Source of the DNA: Planctomycetota bacterium
GTDB lineage: Bacteria; Planctomycetota; UBA8108; SXIK01
Length of the DNA stretch: 64,000 nt
Assembly (NCBI GenBank): GCA_965223265.1
Contig: OZ244999.1
Span: forward strand, 3,520,001 to 3,584,000
Direction: 5' to 3'
In this document: piece after piece, positions 1-10,082 of the stretch
Layout: every line of letters begins with the position of its first letter
Position numbering within the stretch: the stretch's first letter is position 1
Notes under the pieces: model-generated
Databases searched by the model: none
What the model saw: only the letters and a program-made list of their open reading frames with translations
Told to the model about the DNA's origin: nothing
Program-made: the position numbers and the translations under genes

Positions 1-241
1 CCGTGCGTCTGAAGAAAAATCTCAAAGCGCTGTAGGCGATTTTCAAGGACCCGATAGCGAACTGACGCTCGTGCCTGAGGTGGAAAAGATAGTCGCGGAC
101 TTGAGTTTCCGAGAGCGTATCGGGAGACTTGTGATAGTGTTTCGCCAGCTGCCCGACGGCCCAAACGTAGACCCTGCAGGTACCGTCGGCGAGACCGGCA
201 AGTTCCAGATCCTGGAGAAACTTTTGGCGAAGAGGCGTCAT
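1..241 (-). CDS. Tyrosine recombinase/integrase, N-terminal part (runs off window)
   Basis: ATG at 241 corresponds to ATG 49504 of the complete copy (MTPLRQKFLQDLELAG...). Confidence 0.9.
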   Translation of the reverse strand, partial: MTPLRQKFLQDLELAGLADGTCRVYVWAVGQLAKHYHKSPDTLSETQVRDYLFHLRHERQFAIGSLKIAYSALRFFFRRT

Positions 242-424
242 AGCGTGCTCCTTTCTGAGAGGTTGCTTTCTGCAGAAAGAGCATCATCGACGCCTCGACG
301 CCTTTACGCCTCATCGAACGGGCCGCAGAGCGAGCACACCGGTGGCCCGAGGCGGCCGGCGATCGTCACCCAGAACGCCTGAACGAACCGGGCCTGCCGC
401 GAAGCGGCTTCCTTGAACTCGAGG
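1..424 (-). mobile_element. Left end (partial) of tyrosine recombinase + IS91-type transposase element, second copy
   Basis: Reverse complement of 49321-49744. Identity stops after CTCGAGG (424) and the flank is TTAA. The element continues beyond the window start. Confidence 0.93.
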
Positions 425-871
425 TTAAGAATGTCCGTCTCACGGTGAAGACTACCAGCAAATGTACGTGATTGGGCATCACGACGAAGTCGCCCATGTT
501 GTAACGAACCCCATCGAAGTATAGCAAACTATCAGCGACGATCCTCGACAGCTCTGGACGCTGCAGAACGCAGGTTCCACAACCCTTGTCCAGGCTCTCC
601 ATATACCGCTTCGCGAACCTCTCATGATACTCGGTGCGCTGTCGCGTCGTGAGGTTCCATGCTTTCTCTGAGAATCTCTCATGGTCTTCGAGATTCCGTG
701 CTGTGAGAGCCACGTGTCACGGTCCTCGTACCATTGCCGTGCGATCTCCGTTGGGATGGAATCCTCGGTGCGAAATGTAATGAAGTAGGTTGCGGTCGGC
801 TGAAACCAATGTGGAAGGTTGCCACCACCTGTCACGCGCACTTCAACTCTCGGGTCGAAAAGGTCAAACAT
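425..871 (-). pseudogene. REP-associated tyrosine transposase (RAYT, Y1 HUH), frameshifted and interrupted by the element at 424
   Basis: LPHW..TYFITFRTEDS in ORF 479-946 and the HUH motif FVVMPNHVHLLV in ORF 366-713. Frame switch near 655-700, C-terminus missing, REPs immediately upstream. Confidence 0.85.
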
Positions 872-936
872 GCAGAGCGATTTCGAAGACTTGCGATGAT
901 TCACGTACTCGTGCGTGCCGTCCGGGCTCGCGGGGC

Positions 937-1022
937 GACGGCACACGGCGTGTGCCTGCTACTTTACATACCGCTGCCGACTCGATCTTCAAGGTCGCAG
1001 ACACACACCGCTGTGTGTCGTC
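937..1022. repeat. REP doublet (REPIN-like)
   Basis: GACGGCACACGGCGTGTGCCTGCTAC at 937-962 (reverse strand GTAG foot + palindrome) faces a degenerate inverted copy GTCGCAGACACACACCGCTGTGTGTCGTC at 994-1022. Confidence 0.8.
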
Positions 1023-1077
1023 TGGCTTTCGCACGCCGAGGCAACGATACTTTAATGCCGCCGTCGTGCCTCACGGA

Positions 1078-1184
1078 CACGTCCGGAACGGCACACGGCG
1101 TGTGCCTGCTACTATAGACACGAGTCGACGCCAACACGTTCTTCGAAGTACAGAGACACGCCGGAGTGTGCCGCTCCGGACGTG
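1078..1184. repeat. REP doublet (REPIN-like)
   Basis: CACGTCCGGAACGGCACACGGCGTGTGCCTGCTAC ... GTGTGCCGCTCCGGACGTG inverted arms; homologous to 33442-33543. Confidence 0.85.
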
Positions 1185-1333
1185 AACCGACAGTGGACCG
1201 TGTCCGTGAGTTGCGACGGCACGCTCAAGAATCAACAGCCTCTCCGTGTACCGTTCCAGCGCTCGACCGTGACTGTGAGTTAAACTGGCACGCTCAAAGA
1301 ACTTCACAACCGCGAATGCGTCTGCGACTTCAG

Positions 1334-2194
1334 TCAAAACCCAGCCGGATCCAAGTCGCCCTTCACCGCAGCCACGCCGACGACGATAAGTTCCAGGTCG
1401 ACGTTGCCGTCGTTGATCAGAGACTGCGTCTCGCCGAGGAGGATCACAATCGCGTCGCCGGCCTTGAGCGTCGCTGTTTGACCGTCGACCTTGAGCTCAC
1501 CGCTCCCCTTCATGACGTAGAACACCTCCTCGACGCGCTCATGCTTACGCGCGCCACTCGACGCCCCCGGCGGGATCAAAACGTGGTCGACGTAGCTCCA
1601 GTTGGTTTGGAAAACGGCCGGACCGACGCCGCGTCGGTATTTGACAGCCCCTTTGCCGCCGTAGTAGCCGCGCTTTTCTTCAAGGCGCGCGGGGTCGAAG
1701 TACATGTGGACGAACACCGGCTTTGGGTCCAGGTTGACGCCGACCCGATCGTCGCCAAGATCAAACGCATCATACTTGCGCTTCTCGGGTGCTACCGCGA
1801 AGTTGAGGAAACGCGTCGGTTTGTTGGTTGGATTGTAGATCGCGTGCGATTGCCCCGCTTTGCACGGCACCGCGACCGGGCCTTTCAGCCGACTCGTGCG
1901 GCCGTTGATTGTGAACTCCGCCTCGTTGTCGAGGATGACGTACATCTCTTCAGTGCGGTGGTGGAAGTGGTGCCCGATGCCTGCCTTCGGGTCGAGCGTG
2001 GCCGCATGCAGGAAGAGAAAGTTCGTCTTCACCGGTGGGCGGTTCAGAAACTTGTCAAAGCGGAGCGTCCCGGCGCCGCCGTGAGCGTGCGGTGCGTCGC
2101 GGTATTTGGCAGGATCATTGTGGGCGATTCGGTCCTTGAGGGTTGCCGCGCCACCCAAAAAGACGAGCGCAGCGATGCAGACGACGATTTTCAT
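1334..2194 (-). CDS. Secreted bicupin (cupin domain) protein
   Basis: Signal peptide; two cupin repeats (HHFHHRTEEMYVI...GQSHAI and HERVEEVFYVMKGSG). Confidence 0.85.
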   Translation of the reverse strand: MKIVVCIAALVFLGGAATLKDRIAHNDPAKYRDAPHAHGGAGTLRFDKFLNRPPVKTNFLFLHAATLDPKAGIGHHFHHRTEEMYVILDNEAEFTINGRTSRLKGPVAVPCKAGQSHAIYNPTNKPTRFLNFAVAPEKRKYDAFDLGDDRVGVNLDPKPVFVHMYFDPARLEEKRGYYGGKGAVKYRRGVGPAVFQTNWSYVDHVLIPPGASSGARKHERVEEVFYVMKGSGELKVDGQTATLKAGDAIVILLGETQSLINDGNVDLELIVVGVAAVKGDLDPAGF

Positions 2195-3489
2195 GAGTCT
2201 TCCTCGGTATCCTTGATGCGAAATAGCGTGCTTTCGGTCCGCAGGAATAGTGCGCCGTCGCTGACGGCTAGACTGGCAAGAGTGTATTCGTCAACGGAGT
2301 TGGTTGCGAGTAGCTCGAACGTCGTGCCGGCACGAATGACACTCGCTTCGCCATCTTCACTAAGAAAATAAATCCGCTCGGCGCCGTGAAGCGGGGCGGA
2401 GGTGTGGTTGCCGCCGATGCGCTCGCGCCAGTGCTCGTCACCAGTGCGTGCATCGAGACAAGTCGAGATGCCGTTGTCGCTGATGATGAAGAGCTCGTCA
2501 CCCACCACGAGCGGCGCGGCGTTTCTGGGTACGGTTGCGTCGCGCCGCCACTTCACGTGCGTCTCCGTAACGTCACCCGTGCCGCTCGGATCGATGGCCA
2601 TGAGCTGCGGGCGATCGTACCCAGTCGACATGAACACCAGTCCGTGGGCGTACACAGGACGCGGCACGACGGAATAGCCATTTCGTTCGTAGCCGACTCG
2701 CCAAATCTCTCGCCCGTCCTTGGGATCGTACCCACAGACATAGTCGGAGGCTGGCGACACCACCTGCGGCTCGTTGTTCACCTCGATCAGGAGAGGCGTG
2801 CAAAAGGCGAACCCTTTGCCTCGATTCTTCGGACGAGGGGTTTTCCAGCGAAGTTCACCGTCGCTGCGGTTAAGGGCCGCGATGAATTGGACGTCGCCGC
2901 CGTCGCAGCTGACGATGACGGCGTCGGAGGTCAGCACCGGGGAACTACCGCTGCCATGCACAGGGTTGTAGACGAGGATTTGCGTCTTCCAAACGATGTT
3001 GCCGTTGAGATCAAGACATGCGGTGCCGTTGGTTCCGAAGTGTACGTAGATCTTTCCGGCGTCGATCACCGGAGTCGGGCTGGCGTGGCTGTTCTTTTTG
3101 TGGACCCGTTGCTTTTCCTGGTCGAATACTTTGACGTTCCACACGGTTTCGCCGCTCATTTCTTCAAGCGCCAGGACGCGAAGAGCTTGGGGGCCGTCTG
3201 AGTCGTCTGTGGTTGGCACGGCCGTCGTCAGGAAGACACGACCGGATGTGATGACCGGTGACGACCAAGCCTTGCCTGGAATCTCACGGTTCCACGCGAC
3301 ATTTTCCGTGCGGCTCCACTTGAGAGGCAAGGTTTCGTCAGCAGCGTGTCCCTGCCCGGTCGGACCCCGGAACTGTGTCCAGTCTCCCGCGACAATCTGG
3401 AGAAACTGAGCTGGCGCAATGAGCGAAAGCGCGAAGACGAGCGTGTACGAAAGTGGCTGCAGGTGCGCTGGTGGCGAAGATTGCGACAT
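2191..3489 (-). CDS. PQQ-binding-like beta-propeller (BamB-like) protein
   Basis: DWTQFRGP N-terminus, repeated W-x-x..SSP/STP blades, C-terminal LFLRT. Confidence 0.88.
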   Translation of the reverse strand: MSQSSPPAHLQPLSYTLVFALSLIAPAQFLQIVAGDWTQFRGPTGQGHAADETLPLKWSRTENVAWNREIPGKAWSSPVITSGRVFLTTAVPTTDDSDGPQALRVLALEEMSGETVWNVKVFDQEKQRVHKKNSHASPTPVIDAGKIYVHFGTNGTACLDLNGNIVWKTQILVYNPVHGSGSSPVLTSDAVIVSCDGGDVQFIAALNRSDGELRWKTPRPKNRGKGFAFCTPLLIEVNNEPQVVSPASDYVCGYDPKDGREIWRVGYERNGYSVVPRPVYAHGLVFMSTGYDRPQLMAIDPSGTGDVTETHVKWRRDATVPRNAAPLVVGDELFIISDNGISTCLDARTGDEHWRERIGGNHTSAPLHGAERIYFLSEDGEASVIRAGTTFELLATNSVDEYTLASLAVSDGALFLRTESTLFRIKDTEEDS

Positions 3490-3522
3490 GGGTGCTCTCT
3501 GTGGCTAGAAGAAAACCAGGAC

Positions 3523-6054
3523 TCAGTGCTGGAAAAGAAACTCTTTGGCGTTGAGCAGAGACCAGCACAAGTCTTCAAATGCCTCGCGTCGACTTGCCTG
3601 CGCGGTGACGTAGTCCACCGCGTTCTTCACTTCTTTCCCCGACGGCAACCGACCGAACGCCGCCAAGTAGAATTCTGTCACCAGTTCGTCGTCGCTCTGC
3701 TTGGAGGCTAACAACCTGGAGATCCGATTGCCCTCGTCCCGAAGTTTTCGGCGCACCACCTCACCGTTGACCATCTCGAGCGCCGCCGCCAGACTCGCGT
3801 CACCCGTTCGTTCGCATTCGCAAGAGCTTTCACGAGAAGGCTGACCGAACACCTTAAGAAAATCGTGCGAAGCAACAGGGCTCGGCGTCTGCGCGGCGCG
3901 AATCCCTGCAGGAAGGCCCGCGAATGACTCTGGCACTTCCGTGACGGTGCAGATCGCGTCGAGGAGCTGCTCCGCAGAGAGGAGTCGTGCATACGCTCGT
4001 GAAAAGTACTTCTCGTCGTGCCCATTGAATCGATTCGCGCGACTCGAAAGCTGGTAGACGCGACTGTGGAGGATCTCACGGAGGATCGATCTGCGATCGT
4101 AGCCGCGCTCGACAAAAGCATCGGCCAAGTATTCCAGCAGCTCTTCGTGTGCCGGCGGGTTCGAGCTACGAAAGTCATCGACAGGCTCGACGATACCGCG
4201 GCCGAAAAGGTGTCCCCAAATGCGATTGACTTCGACCTTAGCGAAGTACGGATTCGACGGCTCCTGAAGCCAGTCGACGAATGCGCGGCGGCGATCGCCA
4301 CCTGGAGGAACGTCGAAGTCCTCGTGCCCGGGCACCCAAGGCGCGGCGACAACACCGGTCCGCGGCTGCGTCACCTCGCCGGTTCTGGATTGCCAGACGA
4401 CGAGCTCAGACGCCGCCGGTTTCTGCTTGCTCTGGAGGCGCCCAAAGACCGCCGCAATCCCGTAGTAGTTGTCCTGCGTCCAGCGATCGAACGGATGGTT
4501 GTGGCACTTGGCGCACTGAATACGAATGCCGAGAAAAACTTGCGACGTCGCTTCGGCACACTCGGACGGGGACGGCAAGGCGCGAAAATAGTTGGCCGCG
4601 GGGGATGCGAACGTGCTGCCTTCGGCAGTCAAGAGCGCCCCAGCGAATTCATCGTACGGGACGTTGCGCCGAACCGAAGCGACGAGCCAGCGGTGAAACT
4701 TGTGAACACCGGGTGGGGACATCTTCCCCGGTTGAAGACGGAGCAGGTCAGCCCATTTGAGAGCCCAGAACTCCGCGTACTCCGGACGCGCAAGGACGTG
4801 ATCGATCAGATGCGAACGCTTCTCGGGGTCCTGGTCGGCGAGAAACGATCGCGTCTCAAAAGTCGTCGGCAGGATTCCCAAGACATCCAAGAAAAGACGA
4901 CGAATGAATTCCGCGTCCGTACAGAGCGTCGATGGCAAGATATTGAGCAGTCGTAGCTTCTCGAAAACAATGCGGTCGATCGGTTGCGAGGTCTCGACTG
5001 GAGTCCAGGTGAATCCGTCGACGTCCCGCAGCGACATCACAAGCGACGTCTCTGTATGATCTTGAAAGCTCGCTGTGACTGCCGCCTCGCCGCGAGTCTG
5101 TACCTCAATGAGGCCATGTGCGTTGACCGTGGCGACGTTGTCATCCGAGCTCGAAAACACCGCCAGGGGCGTCACATCGCGTACGGACTCATCGGAAAAG
5201 TGGGCCAGCACGGAGAGTTGCTGTCGCCGCGCAGGAAAATGGAAGATGCGCCGGCGCGGGTAAACCTCAATGCTCACGCAGCGAGGCGTTCCGGGCGCGT
5301 CCGGACGGCAACCGGCCGCGATCCAGTCTTCGACGACACGGTACGCGGCGTCGCTCGCCTGTAGTCGTTTGCCGCCGCCGTGAGGCACGCCTTGAGTCCC
5401 CTTGAGGAGAATCAAACTCGCCGCCAAGCGCAGCGTGTGACTGCGCCTGGCGAACGCGTCGCGCGTCAACGTCATCTCGTCACTCGCTGGATCGTACCCC
5501 CGCAAAGAAAGACGAAAGCCCCCCTTGCCGTTGGGGGAACCGTGACAGGCGCCCGAGTTGCACCCCTGCTTTGTCAGAGCCGGGAGCAGCCCGTATTCAA
5601 ACGGAACCGTGTCGGGTTCGGCGACCGACTTCACCACGACGGGCACTCTGACGATGGCCCCCGCGGCCTCGACGGCGACTGTTGTCTCGCCCGGCGCGCG
5701 AGGCTCGGCTCTGCGTCCAGTCATTCGAACGACTGAGGGATCGTCGCTCTCAAATCGCGCAACTTGTGTGAGATCACGCACGACACCGTCGCGCCTGGTG
5801 GCCGTAACGACGAGGTGAGCTCGTGAACGCTGGTTTTGTAGGACCACTCGAGAAGGAAACACCTGCAGCGTGATGGGCTCCGGAGATGACTTCGAATCTA
5901 CCGTCTCGCTGGTGGTGTCGGCGTCACTGCCGCTGACCATCTGATGCGGCAGCACAAGGGCAAGCGGGCTACAAACGACCAGAGCGATCGCGGCATGCGA
6001 AATAGGGCGACATGCCGCGGAACGCGAGTCAAAGCGGCGAACGAAGGAAGGCAT
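3523..6054 (-). CDS. DUF1549/DUF1553 domain protein with Ig-like repeats
   Basis: CNSGACHG, FIRRLFLDVLG, WADLLR, IQCAKCHNHPFDRW, VNRIWGHLFGRGIVEPVDD, C-terminal LLNAKEFLFQH. Confidence 0.92.
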   Translation of the reverse strand: MPSFVRRFDSRSAACRPISHAAIALVVCSPLALVLPHQMVSGSDADTTSETVDSKSSPEPITLQVFPSRVVLQNQRSRAHLVVTATRRDGVVRDLTQVARFESDDPSVVRMTGRRAEPRAPGETTVAVEAAGAIVRVPVVVKSVAEPDTVPFEYGLLPALTKQGCNSGACHGSPNGKGGFRLSLRGYDPASDEMTLTRDAFARRSHTLRLAASLILLKGTQGVPHGGGKRLQASDAAYRVVEDWIAAGCRPDAPGTPRCVSIEVYPRRRIFHFPARRQQLSVLAHFSDESVRDVTPLAVFSSSDDNVATVNAHGLIEVQTRGEAAVTASFQDHTETSLVMSLRDVDGFTWTPVETSQPIDRIVFEKLRLLNILPSTLCTDAEFIRRLFLDVLGILPTTFETRSFLADQDPEKRSHLIDHVLARPEYAEFWALKWADLLRLQPGKMSPPGVHKFHRWLVASVRRNVPYDEFAGALLTAEGSTFASPAANYFRALPSPSECAEATSQVFLGIRIQCAKCHNHPFDRWTQDNYYGIAAVFGRLQSKQKPAASELVVWQSRTGEVTQPRTGVVAAPWVPGHEDFDVPPGGDRRRAFVDWLQEPSNPYFAKVEVNRIWGHLFGRGIVEPVDDFRSSNPPAHEELLEYLADAFVERGYDRRSILREILHSRVYQLSSRANRFNGHDEKYFSRAYARLLSAEQLLDAICTVTEVPESFAGLPAGIRAAQTPSPVASHDFLKVFGQPSRESSCECERTGDASLAAALEMVNGEVVRRKLRDEGNRISRLLASKQSDDELVTEFYLAAFGRLPSGKEVKNAVDYVTAQASRREAFEDLCWSLLNAKEFLFQH

Positions 6055-6059
6055 CGCGT

Positions 6060-8269
6060 TCAGACCCTCACGTCTTCGTTGCGCGGGCGATGGGTGTACG
6101 AAAGATCTGCTGCGAAGATGCGCACGAGGGCGAAATCATCGCCGTGATCCGACGGCTGGGCTGCCTGCTGCTCGATGACGATCGCAACGCCGAGGCCGCG
6201 CCCAACTGCGAAGTTTCGCCCAGGCTTTCCCGAATCGAGATCAGTCTTGAGCTCGAACCGACTTGGTCCCGCGCCCTTTGGGTCGAGAAAAGCCGGTCGC
6301 ACCTCCTGCGTTGCGAGGGTCGTCGCCAGCATCGGGTTCTTCGTCGATTCACTGTAGCGATAAAGGATCAGTTGCATCTTGAACTCGTCGGCAAAGACGC
6401 GTTCGAAGAAGTGCCTAGAGCTACCGTCTCCGCAGCACGCGACACGAAACGTGTACGTGCCGACGCGTGGGTTGCGGATTTCCTGTGCCAAAATTGCGCG
6501 TTTGATGAAGCCGTCCTTGCTGCCTGTGCTGACTTCGCGAGGATCGCTTCCGTCCCCTCCCGTCGAGAAAACGACGTGCGGTTCGCGTAACCGACTGATC
6601 CAACTATCAGCGAGAGAGGCTTCTGGGGAACTCAATGGCTCCAAAGATGTTTCCTGATTCAGCAAAGCCACACTGAACGGCCCCGTGGCGTCGTCATCCT
6701 CGATCGGTGTCGCACGCCATCCTTTAGGTCGTGAACCGAGGTCGACACGGCGCAGCGGCACAGGATCGCGAAATTCCGTGTTTAGCAGCGGCGCTGTGTT
6801 GAGCGAACCGAGCCGCGCGACGTCGCCTTCGGGTTCGCAGCGCTGCGTTGTCGCCGGCGCATCGCCGAGGAGCGTGTAGAGCGGTTCGCCCTCCGTCAGT
6901 TGCAACTCGCGGTCTTCGCGATCGCGAAACTTGCTGCGATGATCGATGCCCAGTAGATGAAAGATCGTCGCGGTCAGATCCTGAGGCTCGACGCGGTCGC
7001 GCGTTGGGTAAGCGCCGTTGCGATCGCTGGCGCCGAACACTTGCCCGCCGGAAATTCCTGCTCCCGCAAGTGCCAAGCTAAACACAGCACCCCAATGATC
7101 TCGTCCAGCAATCGAGTTGATCCGCGGTGTCCGACCGAACTCACCGACGGCGACGACAAGAGTCTCCTCAAGGAGGCCACGCTGTTCGAGGTCATGAATC
7201 AGTGCCGTGAATCCCAAGTCGAATTGAGGGCAAAGTGCGTCTTCAAGACGATCCGCGTTCTGCGCATGCGTATCCCACATCGGGTTATCGACCGCACTGT
7301 CTCCGGGCTCGCGACTCCAGTTGACATGGACGAGGCGCACGCCGGCCTCTACGAGACGTCGGGCAAGCAAGACCGACTGACCCCATTCGCCGCGACCGTA
7401 GCGTTCGCGAACGTTCTTCGGTTCTTGACTGAGATCGAACGCTTTCCGGGCTCGGTCGGAAGTCAGGAGGTCGAGGGCCTGAGTCTGAAAACGATCGTAA
7501 ACGGCGACGGCGGCGCCACGCTCCAGTGCGCCGAAATGCTCGTCGATTTGCTCGAGGAGCGAGACGCGTCGCTTGAGCTGCAGCGGTGGTATGCCGGTTG
7601 GCCGGAGTCCGCGCACCTCGTAAGAGGGGAGGGAGGGATCGCCGAGAAACCGATCTGGCTCCCACTGCTTGCCGAGAAAGCCGGCGGTTTGACCGGCAGG
7701 GGTCACACCTTCGTTCAGGCGCATGATCTCCGGTAACCAGACGCTCGTGAGCGCCGGGATGTCATCGCTCGGACGCAGTTTCTTCACGAGTGAGCCGAAG
7801 TAAGGCCAGTCGGTCGGTTGAATCATGCGTGCGTTCGAGCCGCTGTACTTGTTCCCAGTGAGAACCCAGTAGGCGCTCGACGAATGAACGTTGTCGTTGG
7901 TGGACATCGATCGGATGACCGCCAGACGATCCGCGATTCGGGCCGTGCGCGGCAGGAGTTCACAAAAATGAATCCCGGAACGTTGGTGCGGATTGGGCGG
8001 AACGGACCGCGAATCTCTCGCGGCGCATCAGGCTTGGGATCAAACGTCTCGTGCTGCGGCGGTCCACCTTGAAGCCACAGGTAGATGACGTTCTTCGCGC
8101 GTCCGAACATGGTGCCGCCCGGCGTAGCAGGCGCTGACGTTTGGTCGGTCGAGGCACGCAGCAATTGCGGCAGACCGATTCCCAGAGTCGAAAGCGCGCC
8201 AACGCGCAGGATCTCACGTCGGCTGATTCTGTCGCACAGGCGGGTACTACGGCCTCGAATCGAAAGCAT
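6060..8269 (-). CDS. DUF1501 domain protein with extra C-terminal domain (frameshift at ~7974-7976)
   Basis: SRREILRVG Tat-like start, GGPPQHETFDPKP, GEFGRTP and GRDHW. One extra G restores PGIHFCELLPRTARIADRL and joins ORFs 7823-8299 and 6060-7907. Confidence 0.85.
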
Positions 8270-8596
8270 GGTGGCGGTGGCCCTCTCGTCAACATTCACA
8301 GACGGTTGGAATCGCTACGACACCGATCGCTTACATCTTAGCGAAGCCGGCGATTGTGGACAAGCTGGCGCACGGAGACCTTAGCCACGTTCCCGTGACT
8401 CTTCAGGACCACGCTTCAGGGCACAAAACTGACTACGGTCTCAACCAATCCCGATCTGTACCCGAGTGGCGGCGAAAAGTCGCCGGTGGCGACGACTTTC
8501 GCGTAGCCCCTTCGTCGCCTTCCATGAGAAGGCAACGAAGAGACAGAAAGAAAGAACCGACGCAACGAAACCGACGCGACAGGTTGATAGATTGCG

Positions 8597-10081
8597 CTAA
8601 GCCCGAATCCCGTCGACCGGAGCAAACTCCCGATCCTGCGGCCCCAGGCGCTCTCGGACGCCCATGGCGGTGAGTATGGTGTTGTAGACGTCGAGCCCCT
8701 CGCGCCCGGCGTCGACAAACTTTCCGGTGCGGAAGCGGCCGTTCGCGCCGGTGATCGCGTGGAAGACGCCAGAGAGCTCACGCTTCGAGTCGTTGTGGCG
8801 GCCGTCGCCGGATTCGGTGGAGATTGTGACGAGGGAGTTTTCGAGGAGGCTCTTGCCGTTGACATCCTTCACTGCGTCGAGACGGGAGAGAAAGTAGGCG
8901 ACCTCACGCATCTTCATGTGGGCGTGAGCGCGGAGCTGTTCGTTTGGTTTCTTAGGACTGAACTTATGCCACCATTCGTGACTGCAGCCCTTGTCGCCGC
9001 TGGCACCAAGATCCTTGGCGTCGTCAAAGCTGTAGATCAATCGATCGCCGTAGCGGTAGTCGCCGGTCATACGCAATCGCTCACCCGCCGCGAGAAACGT
9101 CAGCGACCCGAAACGGACGCGGTCCATTTCGATCGCAAGCGCATAGAGGTCCGCCATCAATCGCCACTCGGCCGTGAGATCGTCGAGCTTCATGTCGATC
9201 CCTTGTCCGCCTGGGTCGGCCCGACCACCGTGGGCTAACTGAGAGGCTGCAGGAACGCTCGGAGCGTCTTTAGGCGAGTCCTTCATCTCATACGCGCGCT
9301 GCTCGAATTCGCGAACGCGATCGAGATGCTCTGCGACGCGAGCTTTCGATCTGGCGCCGAGTGGAGAGTTGGCGCCGACAAAGTAGCGATACTGATCGAC
9401 GATGGCGTCGAGAACACTGCGCCGCAGGCGTGCCGTCCGCAAGTCAGACGCGTCACCGGCCGCCGCCACGGTTCCGAAGACCCGATCGAAGAGATCGCGT
9501 GGCCGCTCCTGCATCGCCGCCGCCACAGTACCGTCTGCGTTGTAGCTATGCACGTAACGACAGACGCGGCTGCGACGAAAGAACGTCCCGGCGACCAGCG
9601 TCGGCACCATCGCCGCAGGCAGCCCATCGGGGTAGTGCGCCTGCCGGATCATCTGGTCAATCGACGCGCCACCGGATCTTGCTTCACCGCTCGGTGGCTC
9701 AGCTGTGAAAGCGCCGGCTGCGCCATCGAAGTGGGCGTTGATCCCTGACTCATCGCAGCGCACCTGATCGACGCCGCGCAGGATGAGGAGCTTGTCTGCG
9801 AGCGGCCGCAGAGGTTCCAGGACGCCGTCGAATCCTTCGACCTGCAGTGGCGCTGGAATCCCGAGACCGAAGAAGACGTTGAAAGCTCGCACCGGCACCG
9901 CAGTATCCGACAGTGCAGTATCCGACGCTGCAGTATCCGACGCTGCGGCCGCAGCTGCCGGACTGGCGGTGATCATTTCCTCCAAGAGCGGCAGGCCGAT
10001 CGTGACGCCTCCGAGCCCTTTGAGCCCGAGGTCTCTCAGCATTGTTCGGCGACTGATGGCTCGATCCTGCATGAGCTGCAT
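8597..10081 (-). CDS. DUF1552 domain protein
   Basis: ISRRTMLR..GVTIGLPLLEEM N-terminus, SVLD, HLDRVRE, GKSLLENS; directly downstream of the DUF1592-type gene. Start uncertain. Confidence 0.85.
   Translation of the reverse strand: MQLMQDRAISRRTMLRDLGLKGLGGVTIGLPLLEEMITASPAAAAAASDTAASDTALSDTAVPVRAFNVFFGLGIPAPLQVEGFDGVLEPLRPLADKLLILRGVDQVRCDESGINAHFDGAAGAFTAEPPSGEARSGGASIDQMIRQAHYPDGLPAAMVPTLVAGTFFRRSRVCRYVHSYNADGTVAAAMQERPRDLFDRVFGTVAAAGDASDLRTARLRRSVLDAIVDQYRYFVGANSPLGARSKARVAEHLDRVREFEQRAYEMKDSPKDAPSVPAASQLAHGGRADPGGQGIDMKLDDLTAEWRLMADLYALAIEMDRVRFGSLTFLAAGERLRMTGDYRYGDRLIYSFDDAKDLGASGDKGCSHEWWHKFSPKKPNEQLRAHAHMKMREVAYFLSRLDAVKDVNGKSLLENSLVTISTESGDGRHNDSKRELSGVFHAITGANGRFRTGKFVDAGREGLDVYNTILTAMGVRERLGPQDREFAPVDGIRA
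9900..9944. repeat. 15 bp coding tandem repeat x3 (xSDTA)
   Basis: GCAGTATCCGAC(AGT/GCT) three times, in frame in the DUF1552 linker. Confidence 0.9.
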
Positions 10082-10082
10082 C

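Noticed and set aside
937-1312. CRISPR-like repeats
   Set aside because: Repeats alternate in orientation with irregular spacing and no cas genes are present; they fit REP doublets.
1166-2371. 401 aa plus-strand ORF and similar long antisense ORFs throughout the window
   Set aside because: They lie opposite well-supported genes and are typical high-GC shadow frames.
8465-8545. Two adjacent hairpins between DUF1552 and DUF1501
   Set aside because: No U-tract, no second copy in the window and no recognisable RNA family.
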